A stretch of DNA of 64,000 bases from Diplonema japonicum. Lineage: Eukaryota > Protista > Euglenozoa: Diplonemea. Both the position numbers and the translations under genes were made by a program. Shown one piece after another: positions 21,630 to 32,422 of the stretch. Numbering within the stretch: position 1 is the stretch's first letter; each line of letters begins with the position of its first letter. The DNA lies in the NCBI GenBank assembly GCA_964019335.1, contig OZ025716.1:429232-493231 (forward strand), written 5' to 3'. Under the pieces are notes generated by a model. The model made no database searches. It saw only the letters and a list, made by a program, of their open reading frames with translations, and was not told the DNA's origin.

Positions 21630-21912
21630 TATGACTGCTGTATGCCCTAGCCCATGCGATAACAGCTTTTACACTTTGCTTCGCTGTATTATGTCTTATC
21701 GGTTTTTATTTCCTCAGTTTGGGGGTTTCTTTTTTTTTCTTCCTGGGAGGTACATGTTCCCACCAGCTTCGGGAAATCAGGTACTTTCCGGGTAATAATA
21801 TTACAACAGCAAGATCCCCCTTTGAAAATCTTATATATCGAATTATTGTATTTTCCTTTCGTATTCAGAGAATTTCCTCCAGTTTCAATTTGCAGGTCTT
21901 AGCCTTGGTCGC

Positions 21913-22632
21913 ATGGACAAACCAATGAAAAGAAGGGATGTAGCGAAGGTGCTGAGCGCGATGCTTGAGCAGCGAATTGGTGGCGCGCAGCCGGAGAAGA
22001 ACAAGCAGCTCGAAGAATGGGAAAGGGAGGGCAGAGTAGGGGGAGAATATGGAGCATATAAATATACTATGAACAATGGGGACTGCATTACTATAAGGGA
22101 AGGTGTGCATGAGCTGGGGCACAGAGTATGGGACACGTGCATACAGGTGTGCAAAATGCTTGAGAAAAACGAGGGTCTTGTGAAAGAAAAAGTGGTGCTA
22201 GAACTAGGAGCAGGCTGCGGCCTGCTTAGTGTGGTAGCGGCACGCATGGGCGCACGGAAGGTAATAGCTACAGACCTGCCGGTGGTCCTTGATCACCTGA
22301 AGGCAAACACGGTAGGTGAGAGCTGCGTCATTGTGCAGGATCTGAGGTGGGGCGAGCAGGCCGACGTTGAGAGGCTCCCCTCCACGGCGTACGACCTTGT
22401 AGTCGGTTCAGACGTCACCATCACCCCCCACGCCGTGCCTAGCCTTGTCAAAACCCTGACTGCACTAACAGCCAACACTGTTATCATCACAGGCCCCAAC
22501 CACCGCGAGGGCTGGCGCACCTTCAAAAACGAGGCCGCGAAGCACTTTACTGTCACTGACATCCCTAGCAGCGACCTCAACCCGGAGTATGTCAGCAAGC
22601 GCGTAGGCATGGTGTACCTCAGTAGGGTTTAG
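21913..22632 (+). CDS. METTL21/Methyltransf_16 family lysine methyltransferase
   Basis: GHRVWD, VLELGAGCGL, VIATDL, LRWG, YDLVVGSDV. Confidence 0.85.
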   Translation: MDKPMKRRDVAKVLSAMLEQRIGGAQPEKNKQLEEWEREGRVGGEYGAYKYTMNNGDCITIREGVHELGHRVWDTCIQVCKMLEKNEGLVKEKVVLELGAGCGLLSVVAARMGARKVIATDLPVVLDHLKANTVGESCVIVQDLRWGEQADVERLPSTAYDLVVGSDVTITPHAVPSLVKTLTALTANTVIITGPNHREGWRTFKNEAAKHFTVTDIPSSDLNPEYVSKRVGMVYLSRV

Positions 22633-22813
22633 ATGTGTTCTTTCTTGCACGGGCGGGTTTATGTAGTTAACGTAGTTTCATTCCCTTTTTCATGCTTTAT
22701 TGTGATCGTCTTTGTCGCTTACCCGTACAGGTGGGCATGGAATTCATTCTGAACCATGATCTGAGTCGTGGAAATAGTGGCCAGCCAGCGAATAGAAGGT
22801 ATGATCTTCGGTG

Positions 22814-23131
22814 ATGTGTTGTAACGAAGACAGCCGCTCGAACGACAAAATTACACCGAAGATTTCCGAAGCGCTGTCTGCAGTGCAGGCCCCACAGCAG
22901 CCACAACCACAGGTGCAGCCACAGCTTCAGTACCATAGCTACCCTCCACCGCAACCGCCTATGGAGCAACATGTTGCACCAAGGCCGGCGCATATTTCCT
23001 TTGCTTCATCTGCGCCTGGTTTCGCCCCTGTCAATGTGCCGGAAGACAGCAGCTGGGAGTCAGCTCACGCTCAGCTGCGGTCAGGGATGGACACAAACCT
23101 TCAACGGTCACGGACGTCATACATGTATTGA
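22814..23131 (+). CDS. Hypothetical Pro/Gln-rich protein
   Basis: Short low-complexity ORF; start uncertain. Confidence 0.3.
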   Translation: MCCNEDSRSNDKITPKISEALSAVQAPQQPQPQVQPQLQYHSYPPPQPPMEQHVAPRPAHISFASSAPGFAPVNVPEDSSWESAHAQLRSGMDTNLQRSRTSYMY

Positions 23132-23223
23132 GATGTGTTCTGTGCTGTCCATACCTTCTTTATTACCGCTTCCCTTTTGATACAGTTTGTTGCACTCATT
23201 GGTTAGGTTATTCACACATTTTA

Positions 23224-25239
23224 ATGCTACGCTCCCTCACACGGATATCTCAGGTCTCCTCTTCAAGGTTTAATATAACACAAAGATTTCTCATGACCCC
23301 CACCTGGAGACAGACCGCAGGCGACCCTTCCACCTATGCCAACATAAGCGAGGTCGTCGTGAAGCACATGTCATTCGACTGGCGCGTGGACTTTGATCTG
23401 AAGGAGATCCAGGGCTCTGCAGAGCTTAGTGTGGAGGTTCTGAAGGACACCGATAAGGTGGTTTTAGACTCACGAGACCTGAAGATTCACCAAGTCACTG
23501 TGGGAAGCACTGCTGCCAGCCACACTGCAGGTGAGGCCACAGAGGCCTTTGGTTCGGCTGTTACGGTTCACGCGCCTGTTCCCTTGAAGGCTGGTACTAC
23601 GACAAGCATCCGAATCACATATCAGACCGAGCCTCAGTCCACTGCCCTTGCCTGGCTCCCTGCCGAACAGACAGACAGCGGCAAGCATCCTTATCTTTTC
23701 TCTCAATGCCAGGCCATTCATGCCAGGTCACTGTTCCCTTGTCAGGACACACCAGGCGTGCGTGCTACTTATGATGCAAAGGTAACCGTCCCAAAGGAGC
23801 TTCGCGCTCTCATGTCGGCGCTGCTTGATACAACAGAAGTAGTAGGTGACTCCTGCGTCACCACTTTCAAGCAGCCTGTTGCCATCTCGTCCTACCTAGT
23901 GGCTCTTGTTGTTGGGAATCTCGAGAAGCGTGACATTAGCGATAGAGTGGCCATCTGGTCCGAGCCGCAGGTAGTGGAAGCTGCCGCCTTCGATTTCAGC
24001 GATACCGATAAGTTTGTCAGCGCTGGCGAAGCCCTCGTAGGCCCTTACGAGTGGACTAGGTACGACGTGGTGTGCCTCCCTGGGTCCTTCCCTTACGGTG
24101 GAATGGAAAACCCCTGCCTTACGTTCGTGACCCCCTCACTGCTCACAGGGGACAAGGCGCTCTGCGACGTCATCTGCCATGAAGTGGCTCACAGCTGGAC
24201 GGGGAACTTAGTGGGCCCGAAGACATGGGAGGACTTCTACCTGAACGAAGGCTTCACGATGTTTCTGCAACGCAAGATCATGTCCAGGCTGTACGGGGAG
24301 GAGTATTTCGACTTCGATGCCATCCAGGGATGGGACGACTTGAAGAACTACATGGAGCTTGTAGGGAAAGATCACGCTTACACAGTGTTGCGCCCTAATC
24401 TAGAGGGCGTGGACCCCGATGATGCGTTCTCGGTGGTGCCGTATGAGAAGGGCTTCAACTTCATCTGCCACCTGGAGTCTGTGGTGGGGAACAAGAAATG
24501 GTTCGAGCAGTGGCTGCACGAGTACATACAGACCTTCAAGCACCAGGCAATCACCACGAACGATATGGTGAACCACCTTGTTCAGTTCTTCAGCCACGAA
24601 GATCATAAGGCAGACTTTTCAAAAGTGGACTTCGTGGCGTGGTTGGACACCCCTGGCATGCCGCATGCCATTCCTGGGTTCAGCTCCAAACTGCTAGATG
24701 ACGCAGTTGACCTGGCGCAGAGGTGGAAGAGCGTCGCTGAAGGCACTGCGAAGGAAGTTTCTGAAAATGATATTAAAGGTTGGTCCAGCTCGCAGATCTG
24801 CTGCTTCTTGACGCGTGTTGGTATGGTGCCGAGGACATCTTCATCTCACACAGATTTCCCGATGCCCGTCGACTCTCTCACGCTCATGGACACCCACTAC
24901 AAGTTCAATAGTTCAAAGAACTGTGAGGTGCTCTTCTTGTGGCTCAAGCTGTGCATTAGGTATGTTTCCAACAAAGACCCAGAAACCGCTCACAGAAACA
25001 ACTGGACATCTCACGAGCCCGTGTTGCGTTCCATGCTCGCTCGCATCGGGCGCATGAAGTACACCAGACCCCTGTACCGTGAGCTCGGCAAGGTCGACCA
25101 CGAGAAGGCTATTGCGATCTTCAAGGAGAACAAACAGAAGTATGCTATTTTCTTTTTTTTAAACAACCTCATTACTCCATCCAACAGCTACCACAGTATC
25201 TGCCAGAAGATGGTTGGGAAGGACCTTGGTGTGGAGTGA
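23224..25239 (+). CDS. LTA4H: Leukotriene A4 hydrolase-like M1 aminopeptidase
   Basis: DPSTYAN, FSQCQAIHARSLFPCQDTP, GGMEN, HEVAH-x18-E (NEG), PYEKG, GRMKYTRPLY. Three probable in-frame introns near the 3' end. Start at 23224 or 23293. Confidence 0.92.
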   Translation: MLRSLTRISQVSSSRFNITQRFLMTPTWRQTAGDPSTYANISEVVVKHMSFDWRVDFDLKEIQGSAELSVEVLKDTDKVVLDSRDLKIHQVTVGSTAASHTAGEATEAFGSAVTVHAPVPLKAGTTTSIRITYQTEPQSTALAWLPAEQTDSGKHPYLFSQCQAIHARSLFPCQDTPGVRATYDAKVTVPKELRALMSALLDTTEVVGDSCVTTFKQPVAISSYLVALVVGNLEKRDISDRVAIWSEPQVVEAAAFDFSDTDKFVSAGEALVGPYEWTRYDVVCLPGSFPYGGMENPCLTFVTPSLLTGDKALCDVICHEVAHSWTGNLVGPKTWEDFYLNEGFTMFLQRKIMSRLYGEEYFDFDAIQGWDDLKNYMELVGKDHAYTVLRPNLEGVDPDDAFSVVPYEKGFNFICHLESVVGNKKWFEQWLHEYIQTFKHQAITTNDMVNHLVQFFSHEDHKADFSKVDFVAWLDTPGMPHAIPGFSSKLLDDAVDLAQRWKSVAEGTAKEVSENDIKGWSSSQICCFLTRVGMVPRTSSSHTDFPMPVDSLTLMDTHYKFNSSKNCEVLFLWLKLCIRYVSNKDPETAHRNNWTSHEPVLRSMLARIGRMKYTRPLYRELGKVDHEKAIAIFKENKQKYAIFFFLNNLITPSNSYHSICQKMVGKDLGVE

Positions 25240-25454
25240 GGTGGTTTTCTTATTTCTTAATAACGTATTAGTGTAATAGAGGACCGTACACAAATCTAAA
25301 AAAGAGAAAAAGGCTACCAGATTCTTTCTTCTTTTTTTGTTTGGGGGTAAGTGGCAAGAAGAGAGAGACTAAGGGGGTTTTCTTTTTAACTATTTATTTC
25401 TGCCGAGGCCCTAGGGCATACATAATTGTAACCCATCAGGTAGTAGACACCCAA

Positions 25455-26042
25455 ATGACGCCGCATCCGCCGAAGAGAGACGTCACGACGACGGAGAAGA
25501 TCAGTGACAAAGATGTGCTGGTGACGAAAGTTATACGAGACCATGACGAGCTTGGGAAGCATACGCACACAGAGACAGTCGACAGAACATGCCCCATGGG
25601 GGAGACGCACACTGTGGTGTCGGACATGGAACAAGGGAACGAGACGGTGCATCGTGAAGTGAGTGACAGGGTAACGAAGAATGGTGAGGTTGCGCACAAC
25701 GAGGAGACGGTGACTGAGAACGATCAGGGCGTTACAAGGCTAGTGGTCAACGACACGAAGAAGGGCAATTTCCACACAAGAACGGTGCTAAGCACAATTC
25801 AGTCCTCAGGCACCTCTGAGGAGAATATTGTAACCACTACAGACGACAAGCTCGTAGACGGCTCCGAGGTCAAGACGGAGGTTATCGAACAAACAAGAAC
25901 AACTCCCAACCTTACCACCACCGTCATCGACGAGACAGTTACCACCACCTCCAAGGACGGTGCCATCTCCACCGCAACATCGCACGAAGAATTCAGCAGC
26001 AACCCTTCTAAAAAGCGGAAGATCGAGCAAGCGAGGGAGTGA
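25455..26042 (+). CDS. Hypothetical Thr/Val/Glu-rich repetitive protein with C-terminal NLS-like PSKKRK
   Basis: ATG ORF with beta-strand-like T/E/V periodicity. Confidence 0.55.
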   Translation: MTPHPPKRDVTTTEKISDKDVLVTKVIRDHDELGKHTHTETVDRTCPMGETHTVVSDMEQGNETVHREVSDRVTKNGEVAHNEETVTENDQGVTRLVVNDTKKGNFHTRTVLSTIQSSGTSEENIVTTTDDKLVDGSEVKTEVIEQTRTTPNLTTTVIDETVTTTSKDGAISTATSHEEFSSNPSKKRKIEQARE

Positions 26043-26199
26043 AACTTTATCTTGCCACCCCCCCTTAGACCTCCCCTTCAGGCTCATGAGATGTTGTAAG
26101 ACGCTCATGATTTTATCTCCCCTCTTTTGCCTCCTCCTCTCTTTTTGTTTTTGCTATTTTTTGTCGCGTTGTCACATATTTTGTAACCAGTTCCAGATA

Positions 26200-26562
26200 A
26201 TGAAGCGTCAGGCAGACGGCATTGAGAAGGGGCCTACTGCGAAGAAAGCAAAGATAAAGCAGGAAAAGGAGAACGTGAGGCCTTGCGATGTGTATGTGAG
26301 CGGGAAGAGCACTGTTCATGGTGTGAAGAAGACGGTATTGAAAATGCTTGAGAGTGGTGGAGGTAAGGTGGTGATTCACGCAACCGGAAAAGCTATCGAG
26401 ACTGCTTGCAGGGCAGCTACCGACGTGCAGCTAGAAACCCTTGAAGAGGTGTCAAGCAAAGTGGAAGTGGGGACGTCTGTGGTTAAGTCAGGAAGCAGTG
26501 ATACCTCAACACAGGAAGCAGGCAGATCACACATCCAAATTACGCTTAGTCCTATTAAATAG
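26200..26562 (+). CDS. Alba-fold protein, RNase P/MRP Rpp20 (Pop7)-like
   Basis: DVYVSGKS...VVIHATGKAIETA...VGTSVV...SHIQITL follows the Rpp20 pattern. Confidence 0.65.
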   Translation: MKRQADGIEKGPTAKKAKIKQEKENVRPCDVYVSGKSTVHGVKKTVLKMLESGGGKVVIHATGKAIETACRAATDVQLETLEEVSSKVEVGTSVVKSGSSDTSTQEAGRSHIQITLSPIK

Positions 26563-26602
26563 CCATCCCACCTACTCCATTCTAGACATCCATCAGGTCA
26601 TC

Positions 26603-26905
26603 ATGAGCATAAAATGGCCTTACGACGTGCGGCAGACCGACACCGACCTAACAGTAGTGATAGATCTCCCGCCTGGCGTGAAGGCTAAGACATTGGAAAT
26701 CAGAATAGAACCCACTAGGCTCTACATCGCAGTGAAGCGGTCTGCTGTACCTGAGGTGGCGTTCGATGTAAAGCTCTACAGTGTTGTGGCAGTTGACGAG
26801 AGCACCTGGACCGTGGAAGACGGGAAGCTGGAGGTTCTTCTCGAGAAGCACAACCCAGACCCAACGCAGTCCAGGTTCTGGCCCAAACTGTACGGCGAGC
26901 AGTAA
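26603..26905 (+). CDS. CS (p23/NudC-like) domain protein
   Basis: YDVRQTDTDLTVVIDLP...VDESTWTVEDGKLEVLLEK...WPKL. Confidence 0.8.
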   Translation: MSIKWPYDVRQTDTDLTVVIDLPPGVKAKTLEIRIEPTRLYIAVKRSAVPEVAFDVKLYSVVAVDESTWTVEDGKLEVLLEKHNPDPTQSRFWPKLYGEQ

Positions 26906-27312
26906 GAAGGTAGTCGTAGGTTTTTTTTGTATTTCCTTTTGCTGCCTAGTGCATGCTGTTCAAGGGCTATGGGCGCATGGTAACCTGCTAGATGGTGGGT
27001 ATATGGACGAACCAGCATGGTGGGAGGGAATCTGCAACTTCAATTTTGTCAGGACGTTCTCAGTCAGCATTGTTACATCCTGCCCGACCTGATCCATGTT
27101 GAGGTTCTTTCTTGAGGTTGCTACACTGAAATCAGCAGGGAAGCAGGGTCCGTCGCGTCCATCTTCAGCCACACTGTCCAGTGATGGAAGTTTGAAATAC
27201 GTTGTGTCTTTGGGTGTTGCACCTTTGTTTTTTTTTTTTTTTAGTATTGGGGTCACAAACTAGTTTCTTTTTATAGATCCTGCGTTAGCCTTCTCTACTC
27301 ACAGGACACACG

Positions 27313-27512
27313 ATGCCTCGGTGGAGCAGCTCGGCGGGCTTTTTTGGAGCCATCAGCGCCTCGTTCCTTGTAGTGACGTTGCCGCATACCGTGAGTACTT
27401 ACTTTTACGGAAGCATGAACAAGCACACAATGGTATGTCAAAGACCCTTTTTACGGATATTTTGCAGGTGTGGGAGAAAGAGCAGGAACGCAGAGTGAAG
27501 CTTCAGGAATAA
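27313..27512 (+). CDS. Small single-pass membrane protein (spliced, ~54 aa)
   Basis: Intron 27433-27467 (GTATG...TTTGCAG) joins the hydrophobic exon to VWEKEQERRVKLQE*. Confidence 0.35.
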
Positions 27513-27702
27513 AGGCAGTCCTGTAAAGGGACTGCGGACCTTGTCCTGCTAAGAGACTTGGTCACACTTCGTTTCATTTTCGCTAAAAGAAGCCATTAAA
27601 GCTTTTTTTTGTGGGTCGGGATGGGCTTCCACCGCAACTATCTCTAGAGACCTTGCTTTTCGTTTTATTTCAATTGAGCCAGCCGTGAATCTTACATAGT
27701 AT

Positions 27703-28416
27703 ATGTCTGTGTCACTTCAAGTGCGGCTGTTAGGTGACACGGTGGACTTGTTGGCCAATGCAGGTGAGACGATACGCTCACTGAAGGAAAAGATTAAAGG
27801 CTTAACAGAAGTCGATATCAAGAGCTTTGAACTTGTGTTAGACGGCCAAGTGCTTGATGACTGTGATCAGGTAGGTGAGTGTCCTTTTCAAGATGGAGAC
27901 GAGGTGGTGGCTGTGGTGAGCAAGAAGTGGTCGGCACGAACATGGCTTGCAGACCAGGGATTGAAGGGGAAGACGGCGGAGCATGTTGCCATTCAGATCA
28001 GTACAACCCCCCCCGACAAGCTGGACAAGGCGGACGAGTGGTGGGCTGGAGTCTTAGACATGATGGCTGAAGCGGACCTGTGTGGTGACATCAGCGCAGT
28101 TGCGAAAGTCTTTTCCCGTGCCGCTTCCCATAACCTCTTCCAGTGCAGTGCCGTGTTGCTTCAAAGAGGACTTATCGATGTGAACTACTGCTTGCGCCCG
28201 GAAACCTGTGAAACAGCCCTGCACTATGCTGCCTTTGCTGGGAGCGACGACGTTGTGCAGCTCCTGCTGAAGTACAACGCTGACTGGGAGCTGAGAGATG
28301 CATATGGTATATTAGTACTTACCTACCACCACACAGGTGAAACAGCTTTGGACAACGCGTACAGAGAAGATAATTTTTCCACTGTTCGTCTTCTGAGTAG
28401 CTGTGGGGAAAGATAA
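27703..28416 (+). CDS. Ubiquitin-like + ankyrin repeat protein 1
   Basis: N-terminal Ubl (LQVR...TIRSLKEKI...LVLDGQVLDD), ankyrin ETALHYAA...LLLKYNAD; probable 30-nt intron 28307-28336. Confidence 0.8.
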   Translation: MSVSLQVRLLGDTVDLLANAGETIRSLKEKIKGLTEVDIKSFELVLDGQVLDDCDQVGECPFQDGDEVVAVVSKKWSARTWLADQGLKGKTAEHVAIQISTTPPDKLDKADEWWAGVLDMMAEADLCGDISAVAKVFSRAASHNLFQCSAVLLQRGLIDVNYCLRPETCETALHYAAFAGSDDVVQLLLKYNADWELRDAYGILVLTYHHTGETALDNAYREDNFSTVRLLSSCGER

Positions 28417-29049
28417 CCATTGAGGGGCGACAGGGGAAAGACGAAACGAATTTAAAAAAAGAAAAGAAAACTACGCCCCATAAAACCCGTCTAGTCAGTC
28501 AAACTTGCTCTTTGGGAGCTGAATTTTGGGAAAGTTTCGAATAATCTTCCAGAGTTGGCTGAGAATTCCAGCGTTCAAAATCATACGTTCCGGGGAGTGG
28601 AGTTTTGTAAGGACCTTGGGGAAAAGCTATTTTGTGGTTCACTCCAAACCCTCGTTCCAACATTCCTCCCGGAGAATGATAAAAGAATCAATTGTCAAAA
28701 GAACACCGTATTCAAGAGAAAGTCATTGAAGAGAACCATGAAGAGAACCATTGAAAAATAGCAAATTTTCTGTGTCCTCCTAACGGAAGGGACCCAGACG
28801 GGTTTTAAAGATATGTGTATGAGGCGTTAACCGATCACCCGTTCTCAACTTCGACACGTTGACGCTGAAACACATCCTCGTGGAAGACTCCGGAAGGCGA
28901 TCCCACCACACCGGCGTAGCAGAATCAAACAAGGCAGCCGAGGAGAAAAAGGCCCCCAAAGTACTCTTTCCCCACCCCAATAACGTGATATTAAAAGAAA
29001 GGACACTGCCAAATCAGAATAAGAGAAAAAAGGGAGCTACCGAAGACTA

Positions 29050-29873
29050 ATGTCGTTGACGCTACAAGTGAGGCTCCCATCCTCGATTGTAGTAGTAGTG
29101 GATGTTGAGGGAAGTGACACAGCAAAGGTGTTGAAGGCAAAGGTTGCGTCGTCTGCTGGGTTGGATGCTGACCTTTTTTCGCTCATTTTTGAAGGCTCTG
29201 AACTAGAGGAGGGGAAAAAGATCTGCGAGTTTCCTTTTGAAGATCAAAGCGAACTGTTTGCAGGTTTTAGTAAGAAGCAGGTTGCAGCTCAGCACATGAA
29301 GGATCTTGAGTGGAGTGCACCGTGGGAGGGTGCCTTTATCGACTGGCTTGTTGGGTTCGAGGGGGATAAACAGGACATTGAAGAGTGCGATGCGAAGTAC
29401 GTTAAGGTGCTGCAAGTGATGCACGAGGCCGACATGTGTGGAAACAGGGAGTTTATGAGCGAGATGCTAGTCGATGCGGCTGGTGCAGGCTTTACGAAAT
29501 GCGTAGAATTCCTGCTTGTTGAGGAGCTTGCTGATCCAAACTCCACCATTGGGAGCAGTGGAGGTTCAACTCCCCTGCACCGTGCCGTAGAGGAGAATCA
29601 TATTGGTGTAACTCAAGCTTTACTCAGATACAATGCTGACCCTAACAAGTCTGACAACTTCGGGGACACGTCTCTGCACTCGGCTTGCATGACAGGGAAC
29701 AGGACGTGTGCCACCATGCTCATTGCGAGCAACGCGGACATAACAGCTTTGAACCATCGTGGTATGCAGCACTTGCGCACAGGCAAGCAACCCACCCAGG
29801 AATGACACCAAACGATTGGATCTTGCCAAGGCCGGTTACTTATGTACCTAAGCTCAAGGAAGAAGGAAGGTGA
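29050..29873 (+). CDS. Ubiquitin-like + ankyrin repeat protein 2
   Basis: Ubl (TAKVLKAKV...LIFEGSELEE), ankyrins STPLHRAV, GDTSLHSA; probable intron 29762-29799. Confidence 0.8.
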
Positions 29874-29969
29874 TACGTTTCTACAGTTTGTCCATTAACG
29901 GAGTAGAGCGCTTGATGGGCCTGTTTCAAAAGCGTAAAGCGTAAAACTATTCATTACAGTGAAGCCTAC

Positions 29970-30903
29970 ATGTCGTTGACACTACACGTGAGGCTCCCAT
30001 CCTCGAAGGTATTGGCGGTGGAGGTGAACGGAAACGACACAGTAAAAGTGTTGAAGGCAAAGGTTGCGTCATCTGCTGGGTTGGATGTTAACCTTTTCTT
30101 ACTCATTTTTGATGGCTCTGAGCTGGGAGCAAATGAAGCAGAGTGCGAAAAGGAAGTGTGCCAATATCCTTTCCAAGATCAAAGTGAGCTGCTTGTAACA
30201 ATAGACAAAAGGTACGTTGCATCCCAGAAGATGAAGGAATTAGGGTGGGAGGAGCCGTGGGGCCAGTCATTTGTAGAAGAGGTGCGCGGGGCTCTAGGTG
30301 ACATGGAAGAGGGCGGTGCTGAAGAACTTGAAGAATGCGATGCAAGGTACGCCGCGGCGCTTCAGGTGATGTACATGACAGACATGTGTGAGGACAGGGA
30401 TTCTATGAACATGGTACTAGCGGAGGCAGCTAGCGAAGGTCTCCTCAGGTGCGTCGACATTCTGCTGGAAGCGGGTGTGAGTGACGTGGACGCCCCGATT
30501 GACGCCCATGAGGGCGCCACTGCCCTACACCTTGCTGTGGAGGCCAACCACATGGACGTGGCACACACATTGCTTGCACACAATGCAGACCCCAACAAGC
30601 AGGATAGCAATGGCAGCACCCCTATGCACGTGCTGGATGCAGTGACGCAACGAATGCTTCTTTCTTTCGGCGGTAAGACGGACATGCAGACTAAGGATGG
30701 GAACACGCCTCTGCACCTTGCCGTGATTGAGAACGACAAGACATGTGTGCAAGTGCTGCTTTCTCACAACGCAGACAGAACCTTGCTGAACTCTCGTGGT
30801 ATGTTCACCGCTTTCTTCACAACACAGCGCAGGACGCACTCCTCTTGACTGCGCAAAGTATTTCAAGCATGCGGAACTTGTGAGCGCGCTTGACTCCAAC
30901 TAA
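29970..30903 (+). CDS. Ubiquitin-like + ankyrin repeat protein 3
   Basis: Ubl close to that of the previous gene; ankyrins GATALHLAV, GNTPLHLAV. An intron from 30799 restores GRTPLDCAK...LDSN*. Confidence 0.8.
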
Positions 30904-31106
30904 GCTTGATTTTTAAGATACGAATTAATCGAGGAGGGTAACCTTTTTTGTCATGCATGCCATCCATGACCGAAAGGTAGTGACCAAGTTTTCTAGCCTT
31001 TTGTGCGAATACCGATGTGCGTGCGGGAGATGGTAAAGGTCATCGCTCATTATTTACGTACCGTTGGCAAGGCATAACTGAACACCATATTCCAGAATTT
31101 ATCACA

Positions 31107-31679
31107 ATGAAGATGCTTGCTATGTTGTGCTTGGTGGGTGCTGCTTCTGCACTGGTGCCTGCGACGCTGATCGAGTGGCAGGGCTGCCCTGATTGCACGA
31201 AATATGGTGATGGACTGGTGACGGAGGGGCTGAACAAGAAGCTTGGGCCGTTGATGAACCTTACAGTGCTGTACATTGATGGGCACCACCCTGGGGTGAA
31301 AGCGGACCCTATGTTCAGTCCGTTCGCTGCATGTGCGCAGTACGTGCGCGCCACGGATGTGAACTACAAATGGTACGCCGTTCTTGCGTGCGCGAACCCA
31401 GGAAAGACAATTGAAGAATGCGAAATCTCCACCGGGTTCAACCCCACTCAGTCCGCAATGATCAAGCAGTGCACTTCCAACACAACTCTTTCAAGCAAGC
31501 TTGTTAGTCAGATGCACACCAAGGCTTCTTCTATGGCCAACGACTTCCCCTGGGCCATTGTTGCCGGAAAGACGATGCCCGAACCTGACACCCACAATGA
31601 CAACATCAAGCCCTTCATTGATGCCGTTTGTGAGAACGCCCCGAAGAGCGCTGCTGCTGCAACCCCCGCTTGCCACTAA
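31107..31679 (+). CDS. Secreted GILT-like thiol reductase (thioredoxin fold)
   Basis: Signal peptide, CPDC motif, several downstream Cys, FPWAIVAG segment. Confidence 0.6.
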   Translation: MKMLAMLCLVGAASALVPATLIEWQGCPDCTKYGDGLVTEGLNKKLGPLMNLTVLYIDGHHPGVKADPMFSPFAACAQYVRATDVNYKWYAVLACANPGKTIEECEISTGFNPTQSAMIKQCTSNTTLSSKLVSQMHTKASSMANDFPWAIVAGKTMPEPDTHNDNIKPFIDAVCENAPKSAAAATPACH

Positions 31680-32422
31680 ACCCTTTTTTCGAGTGTTCAG
31701 AAACTGTAAAGAGGGACACAGCATCTTTCTTTATATTCCCAGCGTGTATTTCTTGAACTTGCAGTTTGCATCTTTTTCATTTTGGCTCTTTTTGAGGCGG
31801 CCTCTTCCTCTGCAGCATGTCCTCCCGGATGCATCGCAAGAAGGAGCTACGCGTAGAAAGAAAATGAGTGAAAAGAATGAACGAAAAGAGTTACCTGTTA
31901 AACGTTTGTAATTTAGCATTATTTACTTCTGATTTCCACTCGTCAGCATAGGCAAATGAACCTGACACGCTAAGCACCTGTTCTGATGTTGAGGGCGGCA
32001 CTCGTCACATGAGGCGTACCGATATGGAAACGAATGATGTGAGACACTTGAGCTTCTGTGGGTTCTGACAGTACGATACGACTACTTGGAAGAGGATTTT
32101 GGGAACATTGGTGGTGGCTGCATGTTGAGAACATCTTGCAGGACGGATAGAAAGATAGTGCTCTTTGCGGCAGTCCTGTTGCCGCACTACGCCTCTGGCT
32201 TCAGGTTTCTGGAAGGACCTCCGTATCGTAATTGCTGCATCTGTTGGAGTCTAACGGTATAAGAGATAACTTTATCGTAGCGCTTATTTACTTCTAGTGC
32301 AGGCTCTTTATAGTGCTTCGGTTTTTTAGCTCACATTTTAATTTGCATACCCACCTGTGCTTGAGATGAATTTACCCTTCAATTCAAAGAAGGTTGGAAT
32401 AGGTTTGAAATAAAAAACAGCA

